Shown: one piece after another, positions 37,221 to 46,789 of the stretch | Layout: each line of letters starts with the position of its first letter | Position numbering within the stretch: position 1 is the first letter of the stretch | Notes under the pieces: model-generated | What the model was told of the DNA's origin: nothing | What the model saw: the letters and a program-made list of their open reading frames with translations, nothing else | Databases searched by the model: none | Source of the DNA: Candidatus Wirthbacteria bacterium | GTDB taxonomy: Bacteria; Patescibacteriota; CG2-30-54-11 | Assembly: GCA_903889905.1 (NCBI GenBank) | Contig: CAISZI010000046.1 | Location: forward strand, 853 to 64,852 | Direction of reading: 5' to 3' | DNA: 64,000 nucleotides | Translations under genes and position numbers: made by a program

Positions 37221-38333
37221 TTAAATCATGCGATTGGTATTAGTGTGTGTGACTTCGGTGTTGATCAGCGGCGTTTTGCCCAGCATCAGTTGCTGGAAAT
37301 TTTTGAGGTCATAGGCTTTTTGTTCCGCTTCTTCGGCGCTGATCAGTCCTTCGCGGAAAAGCAGAACGAGTGCCTGGTCCAGACTTTGCATGCCTTCGCT
37401 GTTGCCCAGTTGAATCGTATTCAGAATCTGGTGCGTTTTGTTTTCGCGGATCAAATTGCGCACAGCCGCACTGGCAAACATGACTTCCATGGCCATGGCG
37501 CGCCCTTGTCCATCGCTGGTCGGAACTAGAGTCTGCGCCAAAATACCTTCAATCGCTTCACTTAGCTGCACCCGAATCTGGTCCTGCTGATCAGACGGAA
37601 ACACGTCGACAATACGATCCAGAGTACGACCGGCACTCGCGGTGTGCAGCGTGGCAAAAACGAGGTGACCGGTTTCGGCGGCGCGGATGGCGAGCTGAAT
37701 GGTTTCCAGGTCACGCATTTCACCCACCAGAATTACATCCGGGTCTTCGCGCAAGGCACTGCGCAACGCCGCGGCAAAGGAATGGGTATGATTACCGATT
37801 TCACGCTGGTCAATGATGCATTTGTTGTGGTTGTGGACATATTCGATCGGGTCTTCGAGCGTGATAATGTGCAATTTACGATTGCGGTTGATGTAATCAA
37901 TCATCGAAGCCAGCGTCGTGGATTTACCAGAGCCGGTCGGGCCTGTCACCAAGACCAGGCCGCGTTCCAACCCCGTCAGTCGCATCACCTGTTTGGGCAG
38001 TCGCAACTCGTCCGGAGAAGGCACCATGGCCGGAATCAGACGAAAAGCGCCAGCCATGCCACGTCGCGTCAGATAAACGTTGACACGGAAGCGCGCCACA
38101 TTCTCGAGTTCAATCGAAAAATCCAGTTCGTGGTCGGCGTCAAATTTGGCTTTCTGGTCTTCGGTCAAAATACTGTAAAGCATGTCCTGAAGCTGTTTGC
38201 GTTCCAAGACAGGATAATTGGGAATTGGCATGATATCGCCATGCACTCGATTCATCGGCGTGGTGCCCACCGTCACATGCAGGTCGGAAGCTTTGGCGTC
38301 CCGCGTTTTCATTAGTAATTCGGCGATATCCAT
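37221..38333 (-). CDS. pilT: Twitching-motility ATPase PilT
   Basis: Walker A GPTGSGKSTT and the C-terminal AVRNLIRENKTHQI signature. Confidence 0.85.
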   Translation of the reverse strand: MDIAELLMKTRDAKASDLHVTVGTTPMNRVHGDIMPIPNYPVLERKQLQDMLYSILTEDQKAKFDADHELDFSIELENVARFRVNVYLTRRGMAGAFRLIPAMVPSPDELRLPKQVMRLTGLERGLVLVTGPTGSGKSTTLASMIDYINRNRKLHIITLEDPIEYVHNHNKCIIDQREIGNHTHSFAAALRSALREDPDVILVGEMRDLETIQLAIRAAETGHLVFATLHTASAGRTLDRIVDVFPSDQQDQIRVQLSEAIEGILAQTLVPTSDGQGRAMAMEVMFASAAVRNLIRENKTHQILNTIQLGNSEGMQSLDQALVLLFREGLISAEEAEQKAYDLKNFQQLMLGKTPLINTEVTHTNTNRMI

Positions 38334-38490
38334 GTTTTTCCTTTTTGGTTTTGGAGATGGCTATATCGAGATATTTTACCATACAAACCAAGCTTTCGTC
38401 ACGTTTAGCAGTTCTATTTGGGATTCGAACACCTTGCCAAGCTAGGATCGTAGCCAATCCAGCATTCAATAAGTGCCTCCCATTCTAAAT

Positions 38491-38515
38491 ATGGAATAAA
38501 AACCCAATGTTGAAT
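38491..38515. terminator. Hairpin AAAACCCAAT-gttga-ATTGGGTTTT; probable terminator for the upstream minus-strand gene
   Basis: Perfect 10-bp stem with flanking A and T runs. Confidence 0.4.
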
Positions 38516-38549
38516 TGGGTTTTTATGGCCGTTATTATTGACGAAACAG

Positions 38550-39587
38550 TCATTTTACTTTTCGGGACGTTCTTTTTGCTGCGGCACCAAAACTTGATTG
38601 TATTCTTCGTTGAATCCTTCGTCCTGGTTTTTGTTCCTCTTCCAATTTTGCGGCAGCAATGTCTCGTTCTAAGTAAATTGCAGTACCAATTTCCGCATCA
38701 AGTTTTATATTGTTACCCTGATCAGACGGGTATAGAGGTTCGGGTCGTTCAGAATAATTTGTTTTGAATTGATCATCCAGCTGAGCATGAATTGCTCGCA
38801 GTTCTCCAGGAGAATCTATTGCTTCAATGGTGGAAATCATTATTTTGCATTCCAACCTGGATTTAACTATTCTCAAAGCTAATTCCTCTTCACTGATATC
38901 TCCGTTTGCTGTTGGTACAAGTTCTCCAGCGGCAATTTTGCTGTCGAGACGACTTTGGATTTCGATCACTAATTGTTTCGCTACACTAAGACTGACGGTA
39001 TAGAAAGAGTCTTTAGGGTTTTCAGCTAAGCGCTGCAATGCTTCCTCGACAGTTTGCACAGGTGCTTTATCCAGGGAAAGTATTTCGACTTCCGCTTGAG
39101 TCGTATCCGTTTTACTCCTGCCTCTTGTTCCGGCATAATCAGCCAGGGAATCCATGGCTTGGTAAAATGGAACACAATCCCCCTCAGGATCCAACCGTTC
39201 TTGCATTGTTGAACCAGTAATCCCTAACGCCATTTTTAGAACTATCTCATCTACAGATCCCTGCTCGACAAGAATTCCCAAAGCTATGATTATATCACGC
39301 AAATACTTATAATCACTTCTTTGCTTACCCTGCTCAAAATTTAATATCGGTTCTATTCTAACAAGCCAATTATTATATGAAGCTCTTGCTTTAGCGAGTC
39401 GTTGCTTGGGATTGGATCCAGAAGAGTCTGTGGGATTGACATTAATATCAAAAATTCGTGATGGAATCTGCAGACCCATCGCCAGTATATCTTTGTATCT
39501 ATCCATAACTTCGGCAAGGTCAATTTGTTTTTCCACGCTTGGAACTTCTTCTACTAAATCATCCCTATCGGAAAATCCCGTACCCAT
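38550..39587 (-). CDS. Hypothetical protein (345 aa) in a low-GC block
   Basis: Strong RBS GGAGGG, about 40% GC and no recognised domain. Confidence 0.5.
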   Translation of the reverse strand: MGTGFSDRDDLVEEVPSVEKQIDLAEVMDRYKDILAMGLQIPSRIFDINVNPTDSSGSNPKQRLAKARASYNNWLVRIEPILNFEQGKQRSDYKYLRDIIIALGILVEQGSVDEIVLKMALGITGSTMQERLDPEGDCVPFYQAMDSLADYAGTRGRSKTDTTQAEVEILSLDKAPVQTVEEALQRLAENPKDSFYTVSLSVAKQLVIEIQSRLDSKIAAGELVPTANGDISEEELALRIVKSRLECKIMISTIEAIDSPGELRAIHAQLDDQFKTNYSERPEPLYPSDQGNNIKLDAEIGTAIYLERDIAAAKLEEEQKPGRRIQRRIQSSFGAAAKRTSRKVK

Positions 39588-39620
39588 TTTCCCTCCATAA
39601 ATCTTGAAAAATAGACTATA

Positions 39621-40074
39621 CTTTTGGTAAACTACCGCCTTCTAAATTTTCCCCACCCATAATCACATAATCTTCGATAATTTTCGCTGCTTCTATGAAA
39701 GCTGCTGAATCAAAACTACCATGATCGCGTCGTAAAAACGCTAACCCCAATGCTTGAGCATTTATTGTTTTGATTTCCAAAAGTAGCTGTAGAATCTTTG
39801 TTCAATAATCTAATCCATTTGCTCTGGATCGTTCCGGAGACATATAAGCATGGCGAGGTCTCTTCCCCAACCTTTCTTCGTACTGCTTTAGTTTAGCCGC
39901 CAACTGCTTCAATCTGACCGCTTTGTTTTCTTCCGGAATCTTATCAAGTGCAATCACTGCTGATTCCTCGAATTTTCCCTCCTCTAAAATAGCTTCATAT
40001 AATTCTTGAAGTGTTTTTTCCTGGTCACCAGACTGGTCTCCCACTGCTTCTTGAATAGGACTTTCAACACCCAT
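39621..40074 (-). pseudogene. Hypothetical ~150-aa reading frame interrupted by an in-frame TGA at 39802-39804
   Basis: The same frame continues from MGVESPIQ...GLDY through TGA into TKILQLLLEIKTINAQALGLAFLRRDHGSFDSAAFIEAAKIIEDYVIMGGENLEGGSLPKV*. RBS GGAGGTG lies upstream. Confidence 0.35.
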
Positions 40075-40462
40075 GGCACCTCCTTTTTATTTTTTAAACT
40101 CATCATTTAATTGTAGCATATAAATTCATTATTGTAACTATCCCTAGTACCAAAACGAATCCGAACCCCAGTGCCGAGGAGGAAGAACAGTTAGAAATTA
40201 GCCCACAAAAATAATAACGAAATACTCCGCGGAACTTATCAGAGCTCCGTTGTGTATCGCCCAAGTAATTTGAAAACGGTCAATATCTTAGCGCTTGAGC
40301 CGAAGCCCATCCAGCACCTCTGCTGTATGAAAAATGCCGAAGTGATCGTCGCCATCAATCGTAACCCGAATGCGCTCATCATCCAGGTGGCTGATTTCGG
40401 CATCGTTGTGGACATGAATGAAATTATATCGATTTTGGAAAAAAGAACTCAGCTAAAATAAA

Positions 40463-41403
40463 TTACTTAGCCTCATCGCTTTGCTTCGTCAATGCCAAAA
40501 AAGGCACGATAAAATAATCCCGGGCAATTTCTGCGACCAGATTTTTCTGCTCCATGGAAAGCCAACCAGGCGTTTCAAAACAAAAAGTACGCTTAATTTT
40601 GTGTGGTTTTTGCCCTTCTGGCACCTTGCCTTCGGCAGCTTGCTTGCCCAGGTAACTTAAATACGGTTCCCAGTCGCCCTTGAAAGGACAGCTGGCCGCG
40701 ACACGCGCATAACCTTCATTGAAAAAATTACCCAGCGCGGGATCGCCATTGTGTGTTCCCACCTCGTCATAGCCGGTCAAAAGCGGGATCCCGGCCACCT
40801 TCAAAGCCAGCCGCAAAGCATCCATCAAATACTGCACGATTTCGTCTTCCTGATAATCAATCGGACCATCCTCGGCCGTCTGGTAGTGCGGACAGTCATA
40901 AACATAAAATCCACTGGGAACTTTAGTCGCCGCCTTGGCAACGGGATCATAACTGTCGGCCACACGTTCGTTGTCGCCGTGCCACGAAAAAACGTATTTC
41001 AGCTCGGGCATTTTGTCCAGGATTTCCAGCAACTGCTCGGCTTTGCGATGGGTTGGTCCCTCGGCCATAAACTGCCGGTTGAGATTGACTGCTTTCTCGC
41101 CAGGCAGTTGCATGTTGCGGGTATTGCGTTGCAATGCTTCTTCGCAAACCCCCACGGAATCGCGACATGATCACCAATTTCGTCAGGTTTACGCGAACGC
41201 GCCTCCAAAAATGCATTCACAAATGGCCCAATCGGTTCAGCTTCATCACCATGGATGCCCGCATTCAGAAGCACTTTTGCCTTGGCCATGTCGCCATAGG
41301 CAAAACATTCGATTGGCAGCAGCCCTTCTTGCTCGAGTTTGAACTCAGTTAGCGGCAACTTTTCTTTGGCTTGTTCAGATTCGAGCACGGCTTCTAATGG
41401 CAT
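40463..41403 (-). pseudogene. Succinylglutamate desuccinylase/aspartoacylase (AstE/AspA, M14-like) family gene split by a 1-nt frameshift in a C5/G5 homopolymer (41149-41153)
   Basis: The N-terminal part (ORF 40999..41403) carries the GIHGDE zinc motif, and the C-terminal part is the ORF 40463..41155. Adding one G to the GGGGG run fuses ...DHVAIPWG to VCEEALQRN.... Confidence 0.6.
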
Positions 41404-41591
41404 GGCTGGATTTTTTTAGTTTTATAATTAGCTATTTCTCGATATTTAATTATAACACAGCGGACATAGGCTGGGTTTCCACTCTCGGACACATCCCACC
41501 GCATCGGCACGCCTTCGACAATTCATGCAATTTGTCATATAATTACTCTCTTTTCTTTAACTCATTAAATTAATCAACAAAAGTCCGCCCC

Positions 41592-43247
41592 ATGGCAGCT
41601 TTAGAAAATCCCGATTCCTCAAACAACGCAGAGCGGGAGCAAACGCCAGGAGAAAATCCCGAGGTCAGCATTCCTATACCCTGGGATATTCTGGAAAACG
41701 TTCTGGGCGTTGACTTACTGGAAAAGCTGCGACTGAAGGAAATTCAAAAAAACGTCAATCAAAGTCACGACGTGACTGTCTGGATAAGGGCCATGACTGA
41801 GATGCAAAGAGCTATCGGACTGGTGAAAGATTATCTCAGGGATATGCGCTATTCTGCTATGACTATTCCCCCAGGTACAGATCTACTGGAACTATCTATA
41901 ATAGCAATGGAATCACCTCTCAGGCCTCAATGGGGTAAACGGGTTCACTCTAGTATTGTTAGCCCTGAAGAACAACAAACCCTAATGACATCGCGACAAG
42001 GTCATCGGCCACTTCGAGCCCTGACTTTAGAACAAAATAGAATTCTGGACGCCCATTCATTTGATGGCTATGTGACTTATGGCAGAAGTTGTGGCGTTTG
42101 TGAACCAGCAATCGGACCTGAATTACGTTATCAGGCAATATACAATATTTGTCCGAATCATGACCAGTACAGGTACTTAGTTGGAGACCTCTGTACGGAT
42201 GACCGCATCGTTCAGTTTCCCCATAGATTTTATCAGACACTGAGTTCCATTGGTCAGACAGAGTGGGCTCAATCCAGGGCGATTCAGCAATTTGTTGCAC
42301 TCGTTATCAGTCAGAATCTTCTTCTATCCCTAGGACATCCTCCACAGGACAAGTTTGATTCGCTGCTCGCAGAAGTCCGCCCCAACGTGGACGAACCACC
42401 TGATACATGGACCGTTGTCCCAGGACCACACGTTCGGGGAGCAGAAAAGATTTGGACTCATAACTATGGTATTCCCAAGGCATGGATGACTGATTTCCCG
42501 CCAACAGCCAAAATCGGCACCGGTGTTATCTTTGAATCAGATACTTATCCGGCCGAGTATTTTGGTGGCAACAGTCTGACTTGGTATTTATTTTCTCAGG
42601 CAATCCAATCGGGTCAGACCATCAAAGACATTTGGCTGCAACGCCAGATTCACGAAGGGATGCACGGCTACCTGGATGGGGTCTGGGATTTGCTAATGGG
42701 AGGACTACCGGTCGACAATCCAGGTCACGAAGCTCTGGTTCAGTATGTATCTAACGACCCGAGACTAAAGACACCCACAGCAATAACCTTCGACGACGTC
42801 CTTAACAATCCCTATCCAAAGGCCTCTCCCCATGTCGACATGCCATTACCTCTCTATCGTGACAGGATGGCCTATTTTGCCATGGGTAAATTTCTGCTTG
42901 CAGTCGAGGAGGCAATGCGAAGTCACCGACACATCGGTACAACGATCAGGGGAAATAGACGGGCGCCAGGTCTCTATGTTGCTCAAGGAGAACCCAACAT
43001 TCCCCATGGTCCGGCTTGGGTAAACTATGGAGATAAAATCGATGGCCTAGGTCAGGATTTATCCGAGCGAGCGCTTGTTTTAACCCATTTATTCAATGCC
43101 GCCATGGATCAGGCGCTTTTGAATGATTTTGCCACACTAACCCCCAATGATCGCATCAGTCAAACACTGACAAGAATGCTGCACGGGCTCTGCCTGGATC
43201 TAGACATTGTCGCCCAGATTTATAACCAACTTAATCAACCCAATTAA
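41592..43247 (+). CDS. Hypothetical 551-aa protein with an HExxH motif (QIHEGMHGY); candidate metallopeptidase in a RiPP-like locus
   Basis: Long ORF with no TM segments. HEGMH is the only recognisable motif. Confidence 0.5.
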   Translation: MAALENPDSSNNAEREQTPGENPEVSIPIPWDILENVLGVDLLEKLRLKEIQKNVNQSHDVTVWIRAMTEMQRAIGLVKDYLRDMRYSAMTIPPGTDLLELSIIAMESPLRPQWGKRVHSSIVSPEEQQTLMTSRQGHRPLRALTLEQNRILDAHSFDGYVTYGRSCGVCEPAIGPELRYQAIYNICPNHDQYRYLVGDLCTDDRIVQFPHRFYQTLSSIGQTEWAQSRAIQQFVALVISQNLLLSLGHPPQDKFDSLLAEVRPNVDEPPDTWTVVPGPHVRGAEKIWTHNYGIPKAWMTDFPPTAKIGTGVIFESDTYPAEYFGGNSLTWYLFSQAIQSGQTIKDIWLQRQIHEGMHGYLDGVWDLLMGGLPVDNPGHEALVQYVSNDPRLKTPTAITFDDVLNNPYPKASPHVDMPLPLYRDRMAYFAMGKFLLAVEEAMRSHRHIGTTIRGNRRAPGLYVAQGEPNIPHGPAWVNYGDKIDGLGQDLSERALVLTHLFNAAMDQALLNDFATLTPNDRISQTLTRMLHGLCLDLDIVAQIYNQLNQPN

Positions 43248-43361
43248 CTCAAAAATTGGGTAGTTTGCACTAAATAATGTCCTGTGGTAGTATTGCCCCC
43301 AACCTACAGAATATTTTTTAACTATAGTTTTATTTTTTACATACTTTATGAGGAGATCCTC

Positions 43362-43571
43362 ATGGCAATCGAAGGTCCCGAAATCAATGAATTGGGAATC
43401 CCGACAGGACCCGCTGAGCATCGCAGCCGAATCCCAAACATCTTCACCCGCCATCCTAAAACAAATGATATTTCTGGTAACGACAATGACGGTGGGGTAA
43501 AAGGAAAACTAAAGCCTAATGGCGCCCAATGTGACTGTGCATGCAGTCCTGGCCGGATTACCTTTATTTAA
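43362..43571 (+). CDS. Small Cys-containing peptide (69 aa); candidate RiPP precursor
   Basis: RBS GAGGAG 6 nt before the ATG. A hydrophilic leader is followed by a C-terminal core GAQCDCACSPGRITFI. It lies immediately upstream of the rSAM/SPASM gene. Confidence 0.45.
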   Translation: MAIEGPEINELGIPTGPAEHRSRIPNIFTRHPKTNDISGNDNDGGVKGKLKPNGAQCDCACSPGRITFI

Positions 43572-43626
43572 TGTGTTGCCTTCAGGGCAGTGAAAACATT
43601 ATTTAACAACACCTTTTTCAAAGGTT

Positions 43627-44976
43627 TTGTTTGTGCCAACCCAATTTTACACACCCGCTGAAACGCGCTGTTTTCCTCTCAACACCGACAACTGGGCGGT
43701 CATTAATCCGTTTGCACGTTTTTCGGTATCAACGGTCAACGCGGCTAGCAAAGCCATTCTGGATTTTTGCCTCCAGGGCAGAACCAGCGCCCTGATAGCG
43801 ACTCAATTCCCGGATTTATCCAAAACCGATCTTGCCAAGGCGATCAAACAGCTTCGTCAAGCCGACCTGCTGTTTACCAAACCCGATCCACGCCTCCAGT
43901 TTGGCCAGTCTGACCAGCTCAGTGCCTGGATCCATGTCACCAACCAATGCAATTTGCGTTGCAGCTATTGTTATTTGACCAAAACACCTGAGGCCATGAC
44001 TTGGTCAACGGGCCAGCAGATCGTTGACGCGTGTTTTCGATCTGTCGACAAACATCAGCTGGAAAAACTACAATTGAAATTTTCCGGTGGTGAGGCGGTT
44101 TTGAATTTTCCCCTGATCCGGCAAATGACAAAGTACGCCAAAGCCGAAGCCAAACGTCGACAGGTCAACATAAGTTACACTTTGCTCAGCAATGGCACGT
44201 GCCTAACCGATATCATGATCCAGTGGCTTAAACAAAATGGCTTCAGTGTCATGATCTCACTCGATGGACTGGCTGAATTCAATGACGCCCAACGCCAATT
44301 TCCGGATGGCCGTGGTAGTTTTACCAAGATTGACGAAACCATTGACCGTCTACTAGTGGCCAAAATTTTTCCTCATGTGTCGGTGACAATATCGGAACGC
44401 AATGTGGCAGGACTGCCCGATCTCATGCGTTATCTGCTGAACAAAAAAACCGGTTATTCCCTCAACTTCTACCGCGAAAACGACTGCTCCGCAACCCAAA
44501 GCGACTTACTGTATGATGCCAATCATATGGTCCACTACTTGAAAGAAACCTACCACGTCATTGAGGAAAATCTGACTGAAACCTGCTTGCTGGGTTGTCT
44601 GACTGACCGTGCCAACCTGTTATACCCGCACCCCAAAACCTGTGGAGTAGGCGACGACTACCTGATTTTTGATCAGCATGGCAATGTTGCGCAGTGCCAG
44701 ATGGAAATCACCAAACCCGTCACCACCATGCAAAGCAACGACCCACTGGACGATCTCCGCCGTACTAAAACTGGGATCCAGAATTTACCTGTGGAACAAA
44801 AGCAAGGCTGCAAAGATTGCTTCTGGCGTTACTTTTGCACCGGTGGCTGCCCACTGCTCACCCATCGCGCCACCGGCCGCTTTGACCTGCCGTCACCAAA
44901 TTGTTCCCTCTACAAACAAATCTTTCCCGAAATTGTCCGACTCGAGGGCTTGAGGCTCCTGAAATACGGCAAATAA
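43627..44976 (+). CDS. Radical SAM / SPASM-domain peptide-modifying enzyme with an N-terminal RRE-like extension
   Basis: CNLRCSYC (Cx3Cx2C), GGEA and a SPASM motif CKDCFWRYFCTGGCP plus upstream Cys. About 95 aa precede the rSAM core. Confidence 0.85.
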   Translation: MFVPTQFYTPAETRCFPLNTDNWAVINPFARFSVSTVNAASKAILDFCLQGRTSALIATQFPDLSKTDLAKAIKQLRQADLLFTKPDPRLQFGQSDQLSAWIHVTNQCNLRCSYCYLTKTPEAMTWSTGQQIVDACFRSVDKHQLEKLQLKFSGGEAVLNFPLIRQMTKYAKAEAKRRQVNISYTLLSNGTCLTDIMIQWLKQNGFSVMISLDGLAEFNDAQRQFPDGRGSFTKIDETIDRLLVAKIFPHVSVTISERNVAGLPDLMRYLLNKKTGYSLNFYRENDCSATQSDLLYDANHMVHYLKETYHVIEENLTETCLLGCLTDRANLLYPHPKTCGVGDDYLIFDQHGNVAQCQMEITKPVTTMQSNDPLDDLRRTKTGIQNLPVEQKQGCKDCFWRYFCTGGCPLLTHRATGRFDLPSPNCSLYKQIFPEIVRLEGLRLLKYGK

Positions 44977-44990
44977 CTATTATTTGAACC

Positions 44991-45020
44991 AAACCGCGCT
45001 TTCAAGCAGCGCGGTTTTTT
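44991..45020 (+). terminator. Rho-independent terminator after the rSAM gene
   Basis: AAACCGCGCT-ttcaag-CAGCGCGGTTT followed by TTTTT. Confidence 0.6.
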
Positions 45021-45064
45021 GGTATCATAGCAGGGCTTATTTACTTGCCGAAAATGCCCAAATC

Positions 45065-46768
45065 ATGCGCTATTCCACCCTTTTTCCCAAAACGCTCCGC
45101 GACAGCCCCAGCGAAGCCAATAACATCAGCACCAAACTCCTCTATCAGGCTGGTTTTATCCGCGAGAGTACTGCCGGGCGCTACTACTTTCTCCCTCTGG
45201 GCTTGCGTGTCCACCACAAAATCATCCAGCTCATGCGCGAAGAAATGAACCGCACCGGGGCCCAGGAAATGGTGACACCCATCCTGCACCCGCTGGAACT
45301 CTGGCAGGAAACCAACCGTACCAACTCTGCCGGCTTTGAACTCATGCAAGTCAAAGACCGCCGCAGCGCCAAGTTTGCCCTGGGAGGAACGGCCGAAGAG
45401 ATGTTTGTCGACCTGGTACGCCGCAATCCGGTGAGCTACCGCGATATGCCGTTCAACCTCTATCAATTCTCGCCAAAATTCCGTGACGAAATGCGCGCCC
45501 GTGGCGGTTTGCTCCGGGTCCGTGAATTCACCATGAAGGACGCCTACTCGTTTGACCGCACCGAAGAAGACTTCAAAGTCGAATACCTCAAAATGTGGAA
45601 TACCTACAAAAAAATATTTGATCGTCTGGGGCTTCCTACCGTGGTGGTGGAATCGGACAACGGCTACATTGGCGGTGAATACTGCCATGAATTTGTCGTC
45701 GAAAGCGAAGTCGGCGAAAGCCGTTTCCTGATGACACCGGACGGCAGTTACGCCGCGCACGAGGATGTCGCCAAATTCACGCACGAAATGGTCAATCCAG
45801 ACGACAAAGTCGAAGACTTCAAAATCATCGACCAGCCCAAGTGGGTTCAGACTATGGAACACAACGAAAAACATTACAAGCTTCCGGCCAAACGTTTTCT
45901 CAAAAATGTTGTCTACAAAACCACCGACGGCCGCATCATCATTGGCACGATCCGCGGAGACCTCGAGGTCAATCCCACCAAGCTGGCGCATGCGGTCAAT
46001 GCCGTCGGGGGCCTTGAACCCGCCACAGACGAAGACTTGGCCAAACTCGGCACCAAATCGGGTTACGTCCACTGCTGGGGCCACAAGGGCTGCACCTACG
46101 TCGGCGATTTGTCTCTCAAAACCGTGCGCAACTTCATTGGCGGCCAAAAAGAGGACCTCACTGATAGCTTCAACGTTAACTACGGCCGCGACTTTACCTG
46201 TGAAGTCGAAGCTGACATTGCCATGGCACAACCAGGGATGCTGGCACCCAACGGCAAAGACTGTTTAGTTGAAAAACGCGGCATCGAGGTTGGCAACATT
46301 TTCCAGCTGGGTTACCACTACTCCAAGCTGATGGATGCCAATTTCGTCGATGAAGATGGCACGCGCAAACTGTTTTACATGGGTTGCTACGGCATTGGCG
46401 TCGGCCGCACGCTGGCGACGATCGTGGAAAAATTTAATGACGACAAAGGTCTGATCTGGCCCAGGGAAGTCGCACCATTTCAAGTGCATCTGGTGGTTTT
46501 GCCAGGTGACCCGGCAGTCAAGGAAGCAGCCAATGCTCTATACAAAACGCTGCTGGAACAAGATATCGAAGTCCTCTATGACGATCGCGACGGCGTCTCG
46601 GCTGGGGTCAAATTTGCCGACGCTGACCTGATTGGACTGCCCTGGCGTTTTTTGATTGGCAAAAAAACCGTGGCTTCCGAGTCAGTCGAGATCAAAGCCC
46701 GCACGGCCAAGGAGACTGAGCTGGTGAAGCTCACCGACCTGAGCGCCTGGTGTGCCAAAAATATTTAG
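45065..46768 (+). CDS. proS: Prolyl-tRNA synthetase (bacterial type)
   Basis: MRYSTLFPKTLRD N-terminus, class-II motifs and a C-terminal anticodon-binding domain. The tracked ORF's upstream start would place the terminator hairpin inside coding sequence, so the ATG at 45065 is preferred. Confidence 0.9.
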   Translation: MRYSTLFPKTLRDSPSEANNISTKLLYQAGFIRESTAGRYYFLPLGLRVHHKIIQLMREEMNRTGAQEMVTPILHPLELWQETNRTNSAGFELMQVKDRRSAKFALGGTAEEMFVDLVRRNPVSYRDMPFNLYQFSPKFRDEMRARGGLLRVREFTMKDAYSFDRTEEDFKVEYLKMWNTYKKIFDRLGLPTVVVESDNGYIGGEYCHEFVVESEVGESRFLMTPDGSYAAHEDVAKFTHEMVNPDDKVEDFKIIDQPKWVQTMEHNEKHYKLPAKRFLKNVVYKTTDGRIIIGTIRGDLEVNPTKLAHAVNAVGGLEPATDEDLAKLGTKSGYVHCWGHKGCTYVGDLSLKTVRNFIGGQKEDLTDSFNVNYGRDFTCEVEADIAMAQPGMLAPNGKDCLVEKRGIEVGNIFQLGYHYSKLMDANFVDEDGTRKLFYMGCYGIGVGRTLATIVEKFNDDKGLIWPREVAPFQVHLVVLPGDPAVKEAANALYKTLLEQDIEVLYDDRDGVSAGVKFADADLIGLPWRFLIGKKTVASESVEIKARTAKETELVKLTDLSAWCAKNI

Positions 46769-46789
46769 CGTTTAATTCCGGAAAATCCC

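Noticed and set aside
38401-38470. tRNA-like GGATTCGAAC motif suggesting a tRNA gene or fragment
   Set aside because: Flanking sequence cannot be folded into T-arm or acceptor pairing (AGGTG versus CCCAA). It is treated as chance similarity.
39802-39804. In-frame TGA read as UGA-to-Gly recoding (code 25) or selenocysteine
   Set aside because: Many well-supported genes in the window terminate at TGA (for example the response regulator, dnaB, Cof-HAD), there is a single occurrence, and no SECIS-like context was evident.
40252-40461. 69-aa plus-strand ORF between the disrupted gene and the AstE-like gene
   Set aside because: GTG start without RBS, no recognisable fold and it lies in the decaying low-GC block. 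Probably non-coding.
45041-46231. 396-aa minus-strand ORF, and similar long antisense ORFs (51398..52687, 36092..36874, 37644..38315, 25472..26164, 20106..20789, 12025..12672)
   Set aside because: They lie antisense within genes that have strong family signatures (proS, dnaB, pilT, ABC ATPase, HAD, purL). They are typical stop-codon-poor antisense frames of GC-rich coding DNA.
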